The notes beneath the pieces were generated by a model. It was not told the origin of the DNA. It made no database searches and saw only the letters and a list, made by a program, of their open reading frames with translations. The translations under genes and the position numbers were made by a program. Below are positions 1-7,259 of a stretch of DNA of 27,765 nt, one piece after another. The stretch is from a virus (taxonomy: Duplodnaviria; Caudoviricetes), in the IMG/VR virus record IMGVR_UViG_3300048856_000145, positions 1 to 27,765 of that record, one strand, 5' to 3'. The stretch's first letter is position 1; each line of letters starts with the position of its first letter.

Positions 1-1485
1 TCAGCCAGGCCGGCGGCTCTCCCAGACTGGCCAGACCCGCGCGGTGCGGTGCTCATAGTCGACGACGACGCCGCGGACCAGCTGCCGGATCATCGTGCGC
101 GCCGTGTCGATCGGCAGCTCGTCCCAGTCGTCGAGGGCCTCGCGCGCTACGCGTGACGGGTCGTTGGGCACTGCGACGGCGCGGCGCTCGGCGGCCTCGA
201 GCTCGCCCTGCAGCTGTGTGCGTCTGCCGGAGATTTGGTCGCGAGCGGCGACGTATGCCTGCTCGGGGACGACGCCGGTGGCGTGCTGCACGGTGAGGTT
301 CGTGAGCGCGAGGTCGAGCTTGTCCCGTTCGGTGCGTAGGCGCTTCGCCTCCGCTGCTGCGGCGTCCGTGGAGAGCGCGGCGGTGGGGATGCGGTTCTCG
401 ACGTCGGCGGCGAGTTCGCGGAGCCAGTCCATGAGGGCGCCTTCGACGATGGTCCGCGTCATCGACCACGGGCCATGTCCATCCGGTCGGCCGAGCGTGA
501 CGCACCGGTAGGAGACGAACGGCGGCCGCGGCCGGTTGCCCCGCGCACGGGACGTCTTCGCGACGGTGAACCCGTTCATGGGCGTGCCGGCCGGCGTACA
601 CGGACACAGCGCGATGCCGGAGAGCAGGTATCGACGCTTGACCTGTCGCTCGGCGGCGCGCGCATCGCGCTCGCGCCGGTACGCCTCCCACGTGGCGACG
701 TCGATGAGCCCCTCGTGAGCGCCCGGGTGCACTTCGCCGTGGTACGCCACCATCCCGGCGTGTACCGGGGAGTCCAGGCACTGCGTGATCGTCGACTGCT
801 CCCATGTGTCGGCGTGCATCGGCTTGATCCCGGAGGCATTGAGCCACCGGGTCAGGTCGCGGATGCCCGCGCCGGCGATGTACCTGCGGTACGCCTCGGC
901 GATGTACGGCGCACGTTCGGGGTCCGGGGCGACGGCGCCGTCCTCCCACCGCCAGCCCCACGGCAGTTTGCCCCCGGGCGGTAGGCCGCGGCGCACACGG
1001 GATGCCTGCACGTCGCGCCAGGACTCGCCGATCGCTTCCGCGCGGTACGCGTGCATTTCTGCGAGCACTCCGCGCTGAAATCGGCCTGCGGCGGTGGTGA
1101 CGTCGATGGGTTCGGTGGCGGACTCGAGGCGGCCCCCCGCCGCTTCGACGCGGTCGAGGGCGACGTTCCAGCGCAGCCGGTTGCGGGCGTACCGGGAGAA
1201 CTCCCAAGCGACGATGACATCGACGTCGCCGGCTTCAACGCGGGCGATCGCGGCGTCGAGGCGTGGCCACCACGCAGACTTCGCACGCGAGCCCGACTCG
1301 TCGATGGCTTCGACCCACTCGACGATGTTGTACCCGTGGCGGGTGGCGTGGTCTTCGATGGAAGCGCGCTGCAGTTCGGGCGACAGCAGCCGCTCGCCGC
1401 GGCCACCCTCCTTGGACACCCGGATGATGCCTAGCGCCCGCCGTCCAGCGTCGGGGACGGCTCGCAAGGCGCGGCGGGGAGCCAC
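1..1485 (-). CDS. int: Large serine recombinase (phage integrase)
   Basis: 494 aa; resolvase catalytic motif IIRVS with Ser nucleophile, DESGS, SRYARN; recombinase domain (LPWGW, IRDLTRWLN, GAHEGLID); YLLSGIALCPC...YRC Zn-ribbon-like segment followed by coiled coil. Confidence 0.95.
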   Translation of the reverse strand: MAPRRALRAVPDAGRRALGIIRVSKEGGRGERLLSPELQRASIEDHATRHGYNIVEWVEAIDESGSRAKSAWWPRLDAAIARVEAGDVDVIVAWEFSRYARNRLRWNVALDRVEAAGGRLESATEPIDVTTAAGRFQRGVLAEMHAYRAEAIGESWRDVQASRVRRGLPPGGKLPWGWRWEDGAVAPDPERAPYIAEAYRRYIAGAGIRDLTRWLNASGIKPMHADTWEQSTITQCLDSPVHAGMVAYHGEVHPGAHEGLIDVATWEAYRRERDARAAERQVKRRYLLSGIALCPCTPAGTPMNGFTVAKTSRARGNRPRPPFVSYRCVTLGRPDGHGPWSMTRTIVEGALMDWLRELAADVENRIPTAALSTDAAAAEAKRLRTERDKLDLALTNLTVQHATGVVPEQAYVAARDQISGRRTQLQGELEAAERRAVAVPNDPSRVAREALDDWDELPIDTARTMIRQLVRGVVVDYEHRTARVWPVWESRRPG

Positions 1486-1486
1486 G

Positions 1487-1909
1487 TCAGACCGCCCTCA
1501 GGTAGCGCCGCACCGGCGCCGGCGCGGCGACAGCGCGGCCGAGGATGCCTTGCCATGCCTCGACGACGTAGGTGGCTACCTCGAGTTCCCGGGCGATCGC
1601 GCCGACGTGCGGGCCGTGAGCGCGCTCGGCGAGCGCGTAGTCGACGGGCGAGATGAGCATCCGCGCGGCGTACTCGTTTGCCCGCCGTTCGCGCGCGGCG
1701 AGGGTGCGCGGGTCGTCGGTCCACTCGTCGGCGTGGTGCCAGTGCCCAAGCTCGTGGGCGAGCGTGGAGCGCTGCAGCACCTCGGACATGCGCGGGTTGA
1801 TGACGATCAGATTGTGGCTGTGCCTGTACTCCCCCCTGCGGCGACCGAGGTCGCCGTACTTCACGTTGACGCCGTTGCGCTTCGCGAAGTCGAACAGGTC
1901 ATCAATCAA
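1487..1909 (-). CDS. ImmA/IrrE family Zn metallopeptidase (anti-repressor protease)
   Basis: 140 aa; RSTLAHELGH (HExxH) and ERRANEYAARML motifs; located between repressor and integrase. Confidence 0.92.
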   Translation of the reverse strand: MIDDLFDFAKRNGVNVKYGDLGRRRGEYRHSHNLIVINPRMSEVLQRSTLAHELGHWHHADEWTDDPRTLAARERRANEYAARMLISPVDYALAERAHGPHVGAIARELEVATYVVEAWQGILGRAVAAPAPVRRYLRAV

Positions 1910-2274
1910 GGCTGCTCCTCACGGGCCTCGTCCTCGGCCTCCCAGTCGGGCGCGTCATCAGCGACGGCGCGCAGCTCGCGGACCTCATGGTCGGTAGGGG
2001 CACTGACAGGCCGGCGTAGCTGCAGCACGTCCGCAGCGGGGCGCTCGCTGCGGGCGAGGATCTGCTCGGCAGCCGCGATGAGCTCGTGGGGATAGACACG
2101 TAGGGCGGCCGCGAGTTCGGCGACCTGGTTCACCTTGATGTCACGCTCGGCGGTGAGGATGCGCATGAGGGACCGCTCGGGGATCCCGGCTGCGGCGGCG
2201 AGCTCGCGCACGGTCATGCTCGCGATCGTTCGCTCGGCTCCGATGGCCTTGGCCACGGCCTGGTTCATGTCCAT
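1906..2274 (-). CDS. XRE/Cro-C1 HTH immunity repressor (ImmR-like)
   Basis: Start reassigned to ATG 2274 (MDMNQAVAKAIGAERTIASMTVRELAAAAGIPERSLMRIL...); HTH pattern; promoter-like elements immediately upstream; 4-bp overlap with immA-like gene. Confidence 0.88.
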   Translation of the reverse strand: MDMNQAVAKAIGAERTIASMTVRELAAAAGIPERSLMRILTAERDIKVNQVAELAAALRVYPHELIAAAEQILARSERPAADVLQLRRPVSAPTDHEVRELRAVADDAPDWEAEDEAREEQP

Positions 2275-2281
2275 ACGGGCA
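2268..2281. promoter_or_regulatory. Operator O1 (TGTCCA-TA-CGGGCA) overlapping the repressor start codon
   Basis: 10/12 half-site match to the TGCCCA-NN-TGGGCA palindrome seen three times in the switch. Confidence 0.75.
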
Positions 2282-2309
2282 GCATAACGACCAGATTCGG
2301 CAGCAGCAA
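2281..2309 (-). promoter_or_regulatory. Leftward (repressor) SigA-type promoter, probably leaderless
   Basis: Minus strand TTGCTG (2309-2304), 17 bp, TATGCT (2286-2281), 6 nt, ATG 2274; no SD. Confidence 0.7.
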
Positions 2310-2334
2310 TGCCGCTATTGGGTACCGGTTTGGG

Positions 2335-2363
2335 TTGTTCACTGCCCATTTGGGCATTACGGT
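2335..2363 (+). promoter_or_regulatory. Rightward early lytic SigA-type promoter, probably leaderless
   Basis: TTGTTC (2335-2340), 17 bp, TACGGT (2358-2363), 7 nt, ATG 2371; no SD. Confidence 0.7.
2343..2356. promoter_or_regulatory. Operator O2 (TGCCCA-TT-TGGGCA), perfect inverted repeat in the -35/-10 spacer of the rightward promoter
   Basis: Perfect 6-bp inverted repeat with 2-bp spacer. Confidence 0.8.
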
Positions 2364-2377
2364 TGCCCACATGGACA
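2364..2377. promoter_or_regulatory. Operator O3 (TGCCCA-CA-TGGACA) overlapping the cro start codon
   Basis: 11/12 half-site match to O2. Confidence 0.78.
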
Positions 2378-2619
2378 GCACCTCCTACGCGGCGCAGGTC
2401 GCCGCGAACATCGAGAAGGCGATCGGGGACGCCGGCCTCTCGGTGCTCGGCATCGAGCGGGAGACGGGCATCCCCCGCAGCACCCTGCAGCGACGCTTCA
2501 AGTCGAACGGTCTCTCTCCGTTCAGCGTCGCTGAGGTCAAGGCAATCGCCAACGCGACCGGCACCACCGCCGCCGCCCTCACCACGGTCTACGCCGCCGA
2601 CGACGCGGAGGCGGCCTAA
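2371..2619 (+). CDS. Cro-like HTH protein
   Basis: 82 aa; GLSVLGIERETGIPRSTLQRRF...PFSVAEVKAIA HTH; first gene divergent from repressor. Confidence 0.85.
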   Translation: MDSTSYAAQVAANIEKAIGDAGLSVLGIERETGIPRSTLQRRFKSNGLSPFSVAEVKAIANATGTTAAALTTVYAADDAEAA

Positions 2620-2816
2620 TGGCCGCTCCACCCACTCGCGAGCAGGCCCTCACCGCTGCCGCCGCCTGCCTCGCCGAGGCCCGCCGCATCCGCGACGCCC
2701 TCCCCGTCGAGGAGGCCGCCCGCCGCGCTCACCGCGCCGGCGGCCCCTCCATCGCGGAACTCGAGCGCCGCATCCGCGCCCGCCGGGCCGGTAGCCGGGC
2801 CGCTGCTGCCGCCTGA
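2619..2816 (+). CDS. Small hypothetical protein
   Basis: TAATG overlap with cro; GC3-rich frame; 65 aa. Confidence 0.75.
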   Translation: MAAPPTREQALTAAAACLAEARRIRDALPVEEAARRAHRAGGPSIAELERRIRARRAGSRAAAAA

Positions 2817-2831
2817 CCCGCAGACGCCGAA

Positions 2832-2860
2832 GGCCGGCCCCGCGCCAACGAGTACCGGCC
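2832..2860. terminator. Intergenic hairpin (GGCCGG...CCGGCC), possible terminator or RNA element
   Basis: 6-bp outer stem with imperfect inner pairing; preceded by GAA (TTC on minus strand). Confidence 0.35.
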
Positions 2861-2894
2861 AACGTCGATCGAACTACGACAGGGAGATCTTCCC

Positions 2895-3083
2895 ATGCGC
2901 GACCTCCTCACCGCCCTGCTCATCACCCTCGCGGTGGCGCTCGCGGCCCTGGGCCTGTGGCTCGGCTTCACCGGCCCTGTTATGTCCGGGGCGCAGGGCT
3001 TCGCCACCTGGATGTTCATCGCCGCCGGAGCCATGGTGCTGCGCGCCCGCCGCATCCGGCCCGAGCGGAGGTGGACGCGATGA
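2895..3083 (+). CDS. Small membrane protein with two predicted TM helices
   Basis: GGGAG RBS; two hydrophobic segments followed by an Arg-rich tail. Confidence 0.8.
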   Translation: MRDLLTALLITLAVALAALGLWLGFTGPVMSGAQGFATWMFIAAGAMVLRARRIRPERRWTR

Positions 3084-3451
3084 CCGTCGCCGACCTCCCC
3101 TCGACGTCAGCGGCCACCGCGGCCGGCGCCCGAGCCCGCCGCTACGCCGGCGATCTGTGCACCACGGCGCAGGTCGAGGCGTTCATGGCCGCCGTCGGCG
3201 CCGTGCGGCCGGGCACGGAGTTCTCCGTGAACCTCATCCGCCGCCAGCTCGACGACGCCGCGGTGCCGACCGCAGCGCGGTCGGCCCTCTTTGACCGCGC
3301 CGTCGCGACCGGTCTGGTCGAGCGCGTGTGGGTCACCACGGCCGGTCGCCGCCTGGCCGTCGTCGAGCCGTCCACCGGCCGCAGCGCCAAGGGCGCCCGC
3401 GTCCGCGTCTACCGCCGCACCGGCACGCCCTACCGGCCCGCCGGCGGGTGA
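3080..3451 (+). CDS. Hypothetical protein (possible winged-helix-like)
   Basis: ATGA overlap; GGAGG RBS; MTVADLPST... 123 aa. Confidence 0.75.
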   Translation: MTVADLPSTSAATAAGARARRYAGDLCTTAQVEAFMAAVGAVRPGTEFSVNLIRRQLDDAAVPTAARSALFDRAVATGLVERVWVTTAGRRLAVVEPSTGRSAKGARVRVYRRTGTPYRPAGG

Positions 3452-3455
3452 CGGC

Positions 3456-3629
3456 GTGACGGACGACGACTGCGGCCACGGCTGGCGCAAGGGCGAGCGC
3501 ACCCGCGGCGGTTACCTCGCCTGCCCCACCTGCCGCCGCACCCAGGCCGCCGCCGTCGACCGCCTCGTGCGCATCCCCGCCCCACCCGTCGACTGGCAGG
3601 CCCTGGCCGCCGGCGACACCAACGACTGA
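3456..3629 (+). CDS. Small putative Zn-binding protein
   Basis: GTG start; CGH...CPTC motif; 57 aa. Confidence 0.6.
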   Translation: MTDDDCGHGWRKGERTRGGYLACPTCRRTQAAAVDRLVRIPAPPVDWQALAAGDTND

Positions 3630-3657
3630 CCCGCTTCCCCTCCCGCAGGAGCCCCTC

Positions 3658-4074
3658 ATGACCGAGCCCCATCTGTCCGTCGTGGCCACCGACCAGCGCC
3701 CGCAGAACGCCTACCCGACCCCCGCCGACGTGCGCCGCCGCCAGATCGCCGACGAGCTGCTCGACGTGCTCGAGGACGCCGCCGGGCACGCCCACCCCGC
3801 CACCACGACGGCCGTCGTCGACGTGCCCGTCGTCAACGTCCCCATGCGCCGGGAACTCCCCCGCGCCGAGGACACCTTCACCGCCCGCGTGGTCGACGAG
3901 GACCGCCCGGGCGCCCCCGCGCACCTGGTGCACGGCGTGACCCACTGGCGCATCCACGACGGCGCCCTGTCGCTGTACGGCCCGCGGGACGCCGACGGCC
4001 GCTCGATCAAGCTCCAGACGATCAACCCGCTGCACTGGACCCGCGTCGAGCGTCTCGCCGGCGGTGCTCAGTGA
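3658..4074 (+). CDS. Hypothetical protein
   Basis: AGGAG RBS; GC3-rich frame; 138 aa. Confidence 0.8.
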   Translation: MTEPHLSVVATDQRPQNAYPTPADVRRRQIADELLDVLEDAAGHAHPATTTAVVDVPVVNVPMRRELPRAEDTFTARVVDEDRPGAPAHLVHGVTHWRIHDGALSLYGPRDADGRSIKLQTINPLHWTRVERLAGGAQ

Positions 4075-5477
4075 ACGCCGCCCACGCCCCTCAGGTGGCA
4101 CCCGCCACCCGCGTCGACCCGCGCACCCTCGTGCTGGCCGAGAACGTCCGCCGCGCCGTCGTGCTCGACACCGACTTCAAGCGCGACATCGCCGCCCGCG
4201 GCGTCCGCCAGCCGATCGAGGTGCGCCACGACCCGCTCGGCCAGCTGATCGTCGTCACCGGCCAGCGCCGCGCCCTCGCCGCGCTCGAGGCCGGCCTCGA
4301 CGAGGTCCCCGTCGTGCTCACCGAGGACATCGCCGACGAGGCCGACCGCATCGTCGAGCAGCTCGCCGAGAACCACCACCGCGCCGGCATCACCGCCGCC
4401 GACGACGCGGCCGCCGTCAAGCAGCTCGCCCTCTTCGGCCTCTCCCCCGCCCAGATCGCCAAGCGCACCGCCCGCCCCAAGGACGAGGTCAACGCCGCCC
4501 TGGCCCTCGCCGACGCCTCCGAGGCCACCCGCACCGCGCTCGCGGACGTCGACCTCGTCACCGCGGCGAAGATCGCCGAGTTCGACGGCGACGAGCAGAC
4601 GGTCGCGCGACTGACGGCGCTCGCGGCCGACGAGCCGCAGCGACTGGACCACGAGATTGAGTGGGCCCGCCGCCGGGCGACCGAGCGCGCCGCGATCGAC
4701 GCCCGCCGCGCCGAGCTGGTGGCCCAGGGCGTGAACGTGCTCGACGAGGCACCGCGCACGGGCGTCGCCGGCGCCACCGCGGCGTGGCTGTCCGACCTCA
4801 CCGACCAGCCCAAGGCCGACGGCACCGCCACGCCGATCGACCCGACTGCCCACCAGATGACCTGCCCGGGCCACGCGGTGCACCTGCCCGACGCCGACCT
4901 GCTGGCCGACGGCGAGGTCCACGTGCGCGAGCACGTCTACTGCCTCGACTGGCAGACGCACGGGCACTTCAAGCGCTCCGCCCGCAACACCGCGACCGCC
5001 ACCTCCGGGCCCCGCCCCGAGGACACCACCGCCGAGCGCCGCCGCGTCATCGCGAACAACAAGGCCGCCGACGCGGCGATCGCCGTCCGCCGCCGCTTCC
5101 TCCGCGAGACCGTGCTCGTCGCCTCGACGCTCACCGCACTGCCCCACCTCGCCGAGTACGTCGCCGGCATGCTCGCCGACCACCGCGCCCACCTCTCCGG
5201 CTACGCCGTCGGCCAGGCGCTCGAGGACCTCGACGCACTCGCCGCCAACGGCGCGAGCCGCGACCCGAAGTCCGCCGTCCGTCACCTAGTCGCGCTCGCG
5301 GCCGCCGTCGGCGAGACCGCCCTCGACCGGGAGTTCTGGCGCCAGCCCGCCTCCACCTACAGCAACACCACGCCCGCCGGCGTCCGCCACCTGCAGGCCC
5401 TCGAGTCGTGGGGCTACGCCCTCGCCGACGTCGAGCAGGAGTGGCTCGACGCCTACCTCGCCAAGAAGAAGGGCTGA
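4071..5477 (+). CDS. ParB/RepB/Spo0J-like protein (ParB N-terminal domain, HTH, long C-terminal region)
   Basis: ENVR...IAARGVRQPI...VVTGQRRALAA (GxRR)...EQLAENHHR; HTH GLSPAQIAKRTAR; 468 aa. Confidence 0.88.
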   Translation: MNAAHAPQVAPATRVDPRTLVLAENVRRAVVLDTDFKRDIAARGVRQPIEVRHDPLGQLIVVTGQRRALAALEAGLDEVPVVLTEDIADEADRIVEQLAENHHRAGITAADDAAAVKQLALFGLSPAQIAKRTARPKDEVNAALALADASEATRTALADVDLVTAAKIAEFDGDEQTVARLTALAADEPQRLDHEIEWARRRATERAAIDARRAELVAQGVNVLDEAPRTGVAGATAAWLSDLTDQPKADGTATPIDPTAHQMTCPGHAVHLPDADLLADGEVHVREHVYCLDWQTHGHFKRSARNTATATSGPRPEDTTAERRRVIANNKAADAAIAVRRRFLRETVLVASTLTALPHLAEYVAGMLADHRAHLSGYAVGQALEDLDALAANGASRDPKSAVRHLVALAAAVGETALDREFWRQPASTYSNTTPAGVRHLQALESWGYALADVEQEWLDAYLAKKKG

Positions 5478-5480
5478 TCC

Positions 5481-5924
5481 ATGGCCTGGACCACGATCGA
5501 CGTCGAGCGCGCGCTCACCCAGTTCGGCGCCCTGCTCCGCAGCATGCCGACGCCGACGCTCTCCGCCGTCGCTTCCGCCGGCACTACCGCGCTGATCCGC
5601 GACACCTTCGACGAGGCCCTCCGCGACGCCCGCCGCGAGCTGCAGGAGGCGCTGGCGGCCGCCCAGCGGGAGGCCGACACCCTCGCCGTGCTCACGAAGT
5701 TCCGCATGGGCGCCGCGCTGGACCCGCGCCTCGACGAGGACCAGCTTCTCGTCGAGTGCATGACGCTGCTGCACCTCGGCGGCGCCGGCGTCATCTCCCA
5801 GGCGCACGCCCGAGTCGCCGCCGTCGCGATGCTCGAGGGATGGCAGCAGCGTCAGCAGCTCGCCGCGACCGGCCGCCTGACGGCCCGGGCGCCCCACACC
5901 CCGCTCGCGGGGGTGGCGGCATGA
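5481..5924 (+). CDS. Hypothetical protein
   Basis: 147 aa; GC3-rich frame; coupled to neighbours. Confidence 0.8.
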   Translation: MAWTTIDVERALTQFGALLRSMPTPTLSAVASAGTTALIRDTFDEALRDARRELQEALAAAQREADTLAVLTKFRMGAALDPRLDEDQLLVECMTLLHLGGAGVISQAHARVAAVAMLEGWQQRQQLAATGRLTARAPHTPLAGVAA

Positions 5925-6061
5925 GCAGGACCCGCCAGCCGATGCACCCCGACGAGGACCGCCGCGCCTACGTCCTCGCCTCGCTCGAGTACGGCGTCAA
6001 CCCCCTCGTCGGCCGCTGGGACGCCGACACCGACCACGACACCGATCAGGAGCACGCATGA
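5921..6061 (+). CDS. Small hypothetical protein (MSRTRQPMHPDED...)
   Basis: ATGA overlaps at both ends; 46 aa. Confidence 0.65.
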   Translation: MSRTRQPMHPDEDRRAYVLASLEYGVNPLVGRWDADTDHDTDQEHA

Positions 6062-6417
6062 CGACCACCGAGAGCACCGCGCCGCTGGAGCCGGCAGACC
6101 TGCCGGTCGGCGGACGCGTCCGGCTCGCTCACGGCTCGAACACCCGCGGTTGGTGGACCGTGCGCGCGCACGTCAACGAGCGGTACGCCATCGCTACCCG
6201 CCAGACGCCCTTCGAGCGCGCCGGGACGCTCGAGTACACCGTCCTCGACTTCGAGCTCGGGATCCGCGGGGCGATCAACCTCATCGGCTACGGCTACGGC
6301 GACGGCACCTACAGCGATGAGCAGATCGCAGCGATGGCCATCCAGCTCGCCGCCGACCAGCTCGAGGTCTCCCACCGCAACAACGTGCCGATCGAGGTCA
6401 TCGAGGTGCGCCCGTGA
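6058..6417 (+). CDS. Hypothetical protein
   Basis: AGGAG RBS; 119 aa; beta-rich. Confidence 0.8.
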   Translation: MTTTESTAPLEPADLPVGGRVRLAHGSNTRGWWTVRAHVNERYAIATRQTPFERAGTLEYTVLDFELGIRGAINLIGYGYGDGTYSDEQIAAMAIQLAADQLEVSHRNNVPIEVIEVRP

Positions 6418-7259
6418 CCACCGTCATCAACATCGACGACGTCGCCGCCCTCCGCCGTGCCCTCGGCGGCAAGGACATCGACGTGCAGGTGCAGCGCGCC
6501 TCGCTGCGCACGGCGCTCGCGGCCGTCCTGCCGCACGTGGGCGACCTCGTCTCGCTCGACCGGGTGCGCCTGCAGTTCGTCGACGACACCGGCCTCGTGG
6601 CGATCGGTGCGTCCGGCTACACCGTCGCGATCGCCCAAGTCCGCGTCGACCACGTCGAACGGCTGCCCGAGCTCGCCGTCATCGACATCGAGGCCCGCTC
6701 CGCCCGCGAGGTGCTCGCCGTCCTCGTTCCGCCCCGCGACAAGGACGCCCGCGGCCAGTGGAACACCGAGTCGTTTCGCGTCACCGCGACCAACGAAGAG
6801 GTCACCTTCACCGAGGAGGGCGCGATCCTCGAGGGGCGCTCGCTGACCGTCCCTCGCCTGCCCCACACGGACGACGAGGGCCGCCCGACGATCTACCCCG
6901 ACTTCCCGCGCAAGATCGCCCAGCTGCTGGACGCCCCCGTTGCAGAGGCCGGGGAGGTCGACGTCGCGCTCAACCCCGACCTGCTCGGCGCCTGGATCAA
7001 GACGGCCAAGGTTCTCGAGACCTCCCTCGAGGTCTCGCCCCGCCGCGGCCACGTCGACGCCCGCCGCGGTCTGTGGGTCGTGCGCGCCGGCTACGAGCGA
7101 GTCGTCGGCGCGCTCGTGCCCATCCACGCCGACGAGGACCACATCGACAACGTCTCGCCGATGTGGTCGCGCCTCCTGTGGCGCCTCGTCGCGGATCTGC
7201 CCACGACCCCCGCCGGCGCTGCCGGCTCCACCGACGACGAGGAGACCGACCGTGACTGA
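6414..7259 (+). CDS. Putative DNA polymerase III beta-clamp-like protein
   Basis: LRTALAAVLPH...LDRVRL...LVAIGASGYTVA resembles the clamp-domain ATDxxRL region; also YPDFPRKI, VALNPDLL and GALVPI. Confidence 0.55.
   Translation: MTTVINIDDVAALRRALGGKDIDVQVQRASLRTALAAVLPHVGDLVSLDRVRLQFVDDTGLVAIGASGYTVAIAQVRVDHVERLPELAVIDIEARSAREVLAVLVPPRDKDARGQWNTESFRVTATNEEVTFTEEGAILEGRSLTVPRLPHTDDEGRPTIYPDFPRKIAQLLDAPVAEAGEVDVALNPDLLGAWIKTAKVLETSLEVSPRRGHVDARRGLWVVRAGYERVVGALVPIHADEDHIDNVSPMWSRLLWRLVADLPTTPAGAAGSTDDEETDRD

Noticed and set aside
53-1207. Arg/Pro-rich alternate-frame ORFs throughout (e.g. 53-1207, most of 4661-6061 and 11213-12088, 23292-25121)
   Set aside because: Typical off-frame translations of high-GC coding DNA; only the distal parts with RBS and coupled starts were kept
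2275-2631. N-terminal extension of the repressor ORF to 2631 as given in the ORF track
   Set aside because: It would overlap cro and the promoter/operator region; ATG 2274 fits the HTH start and leaderless promoter geometry
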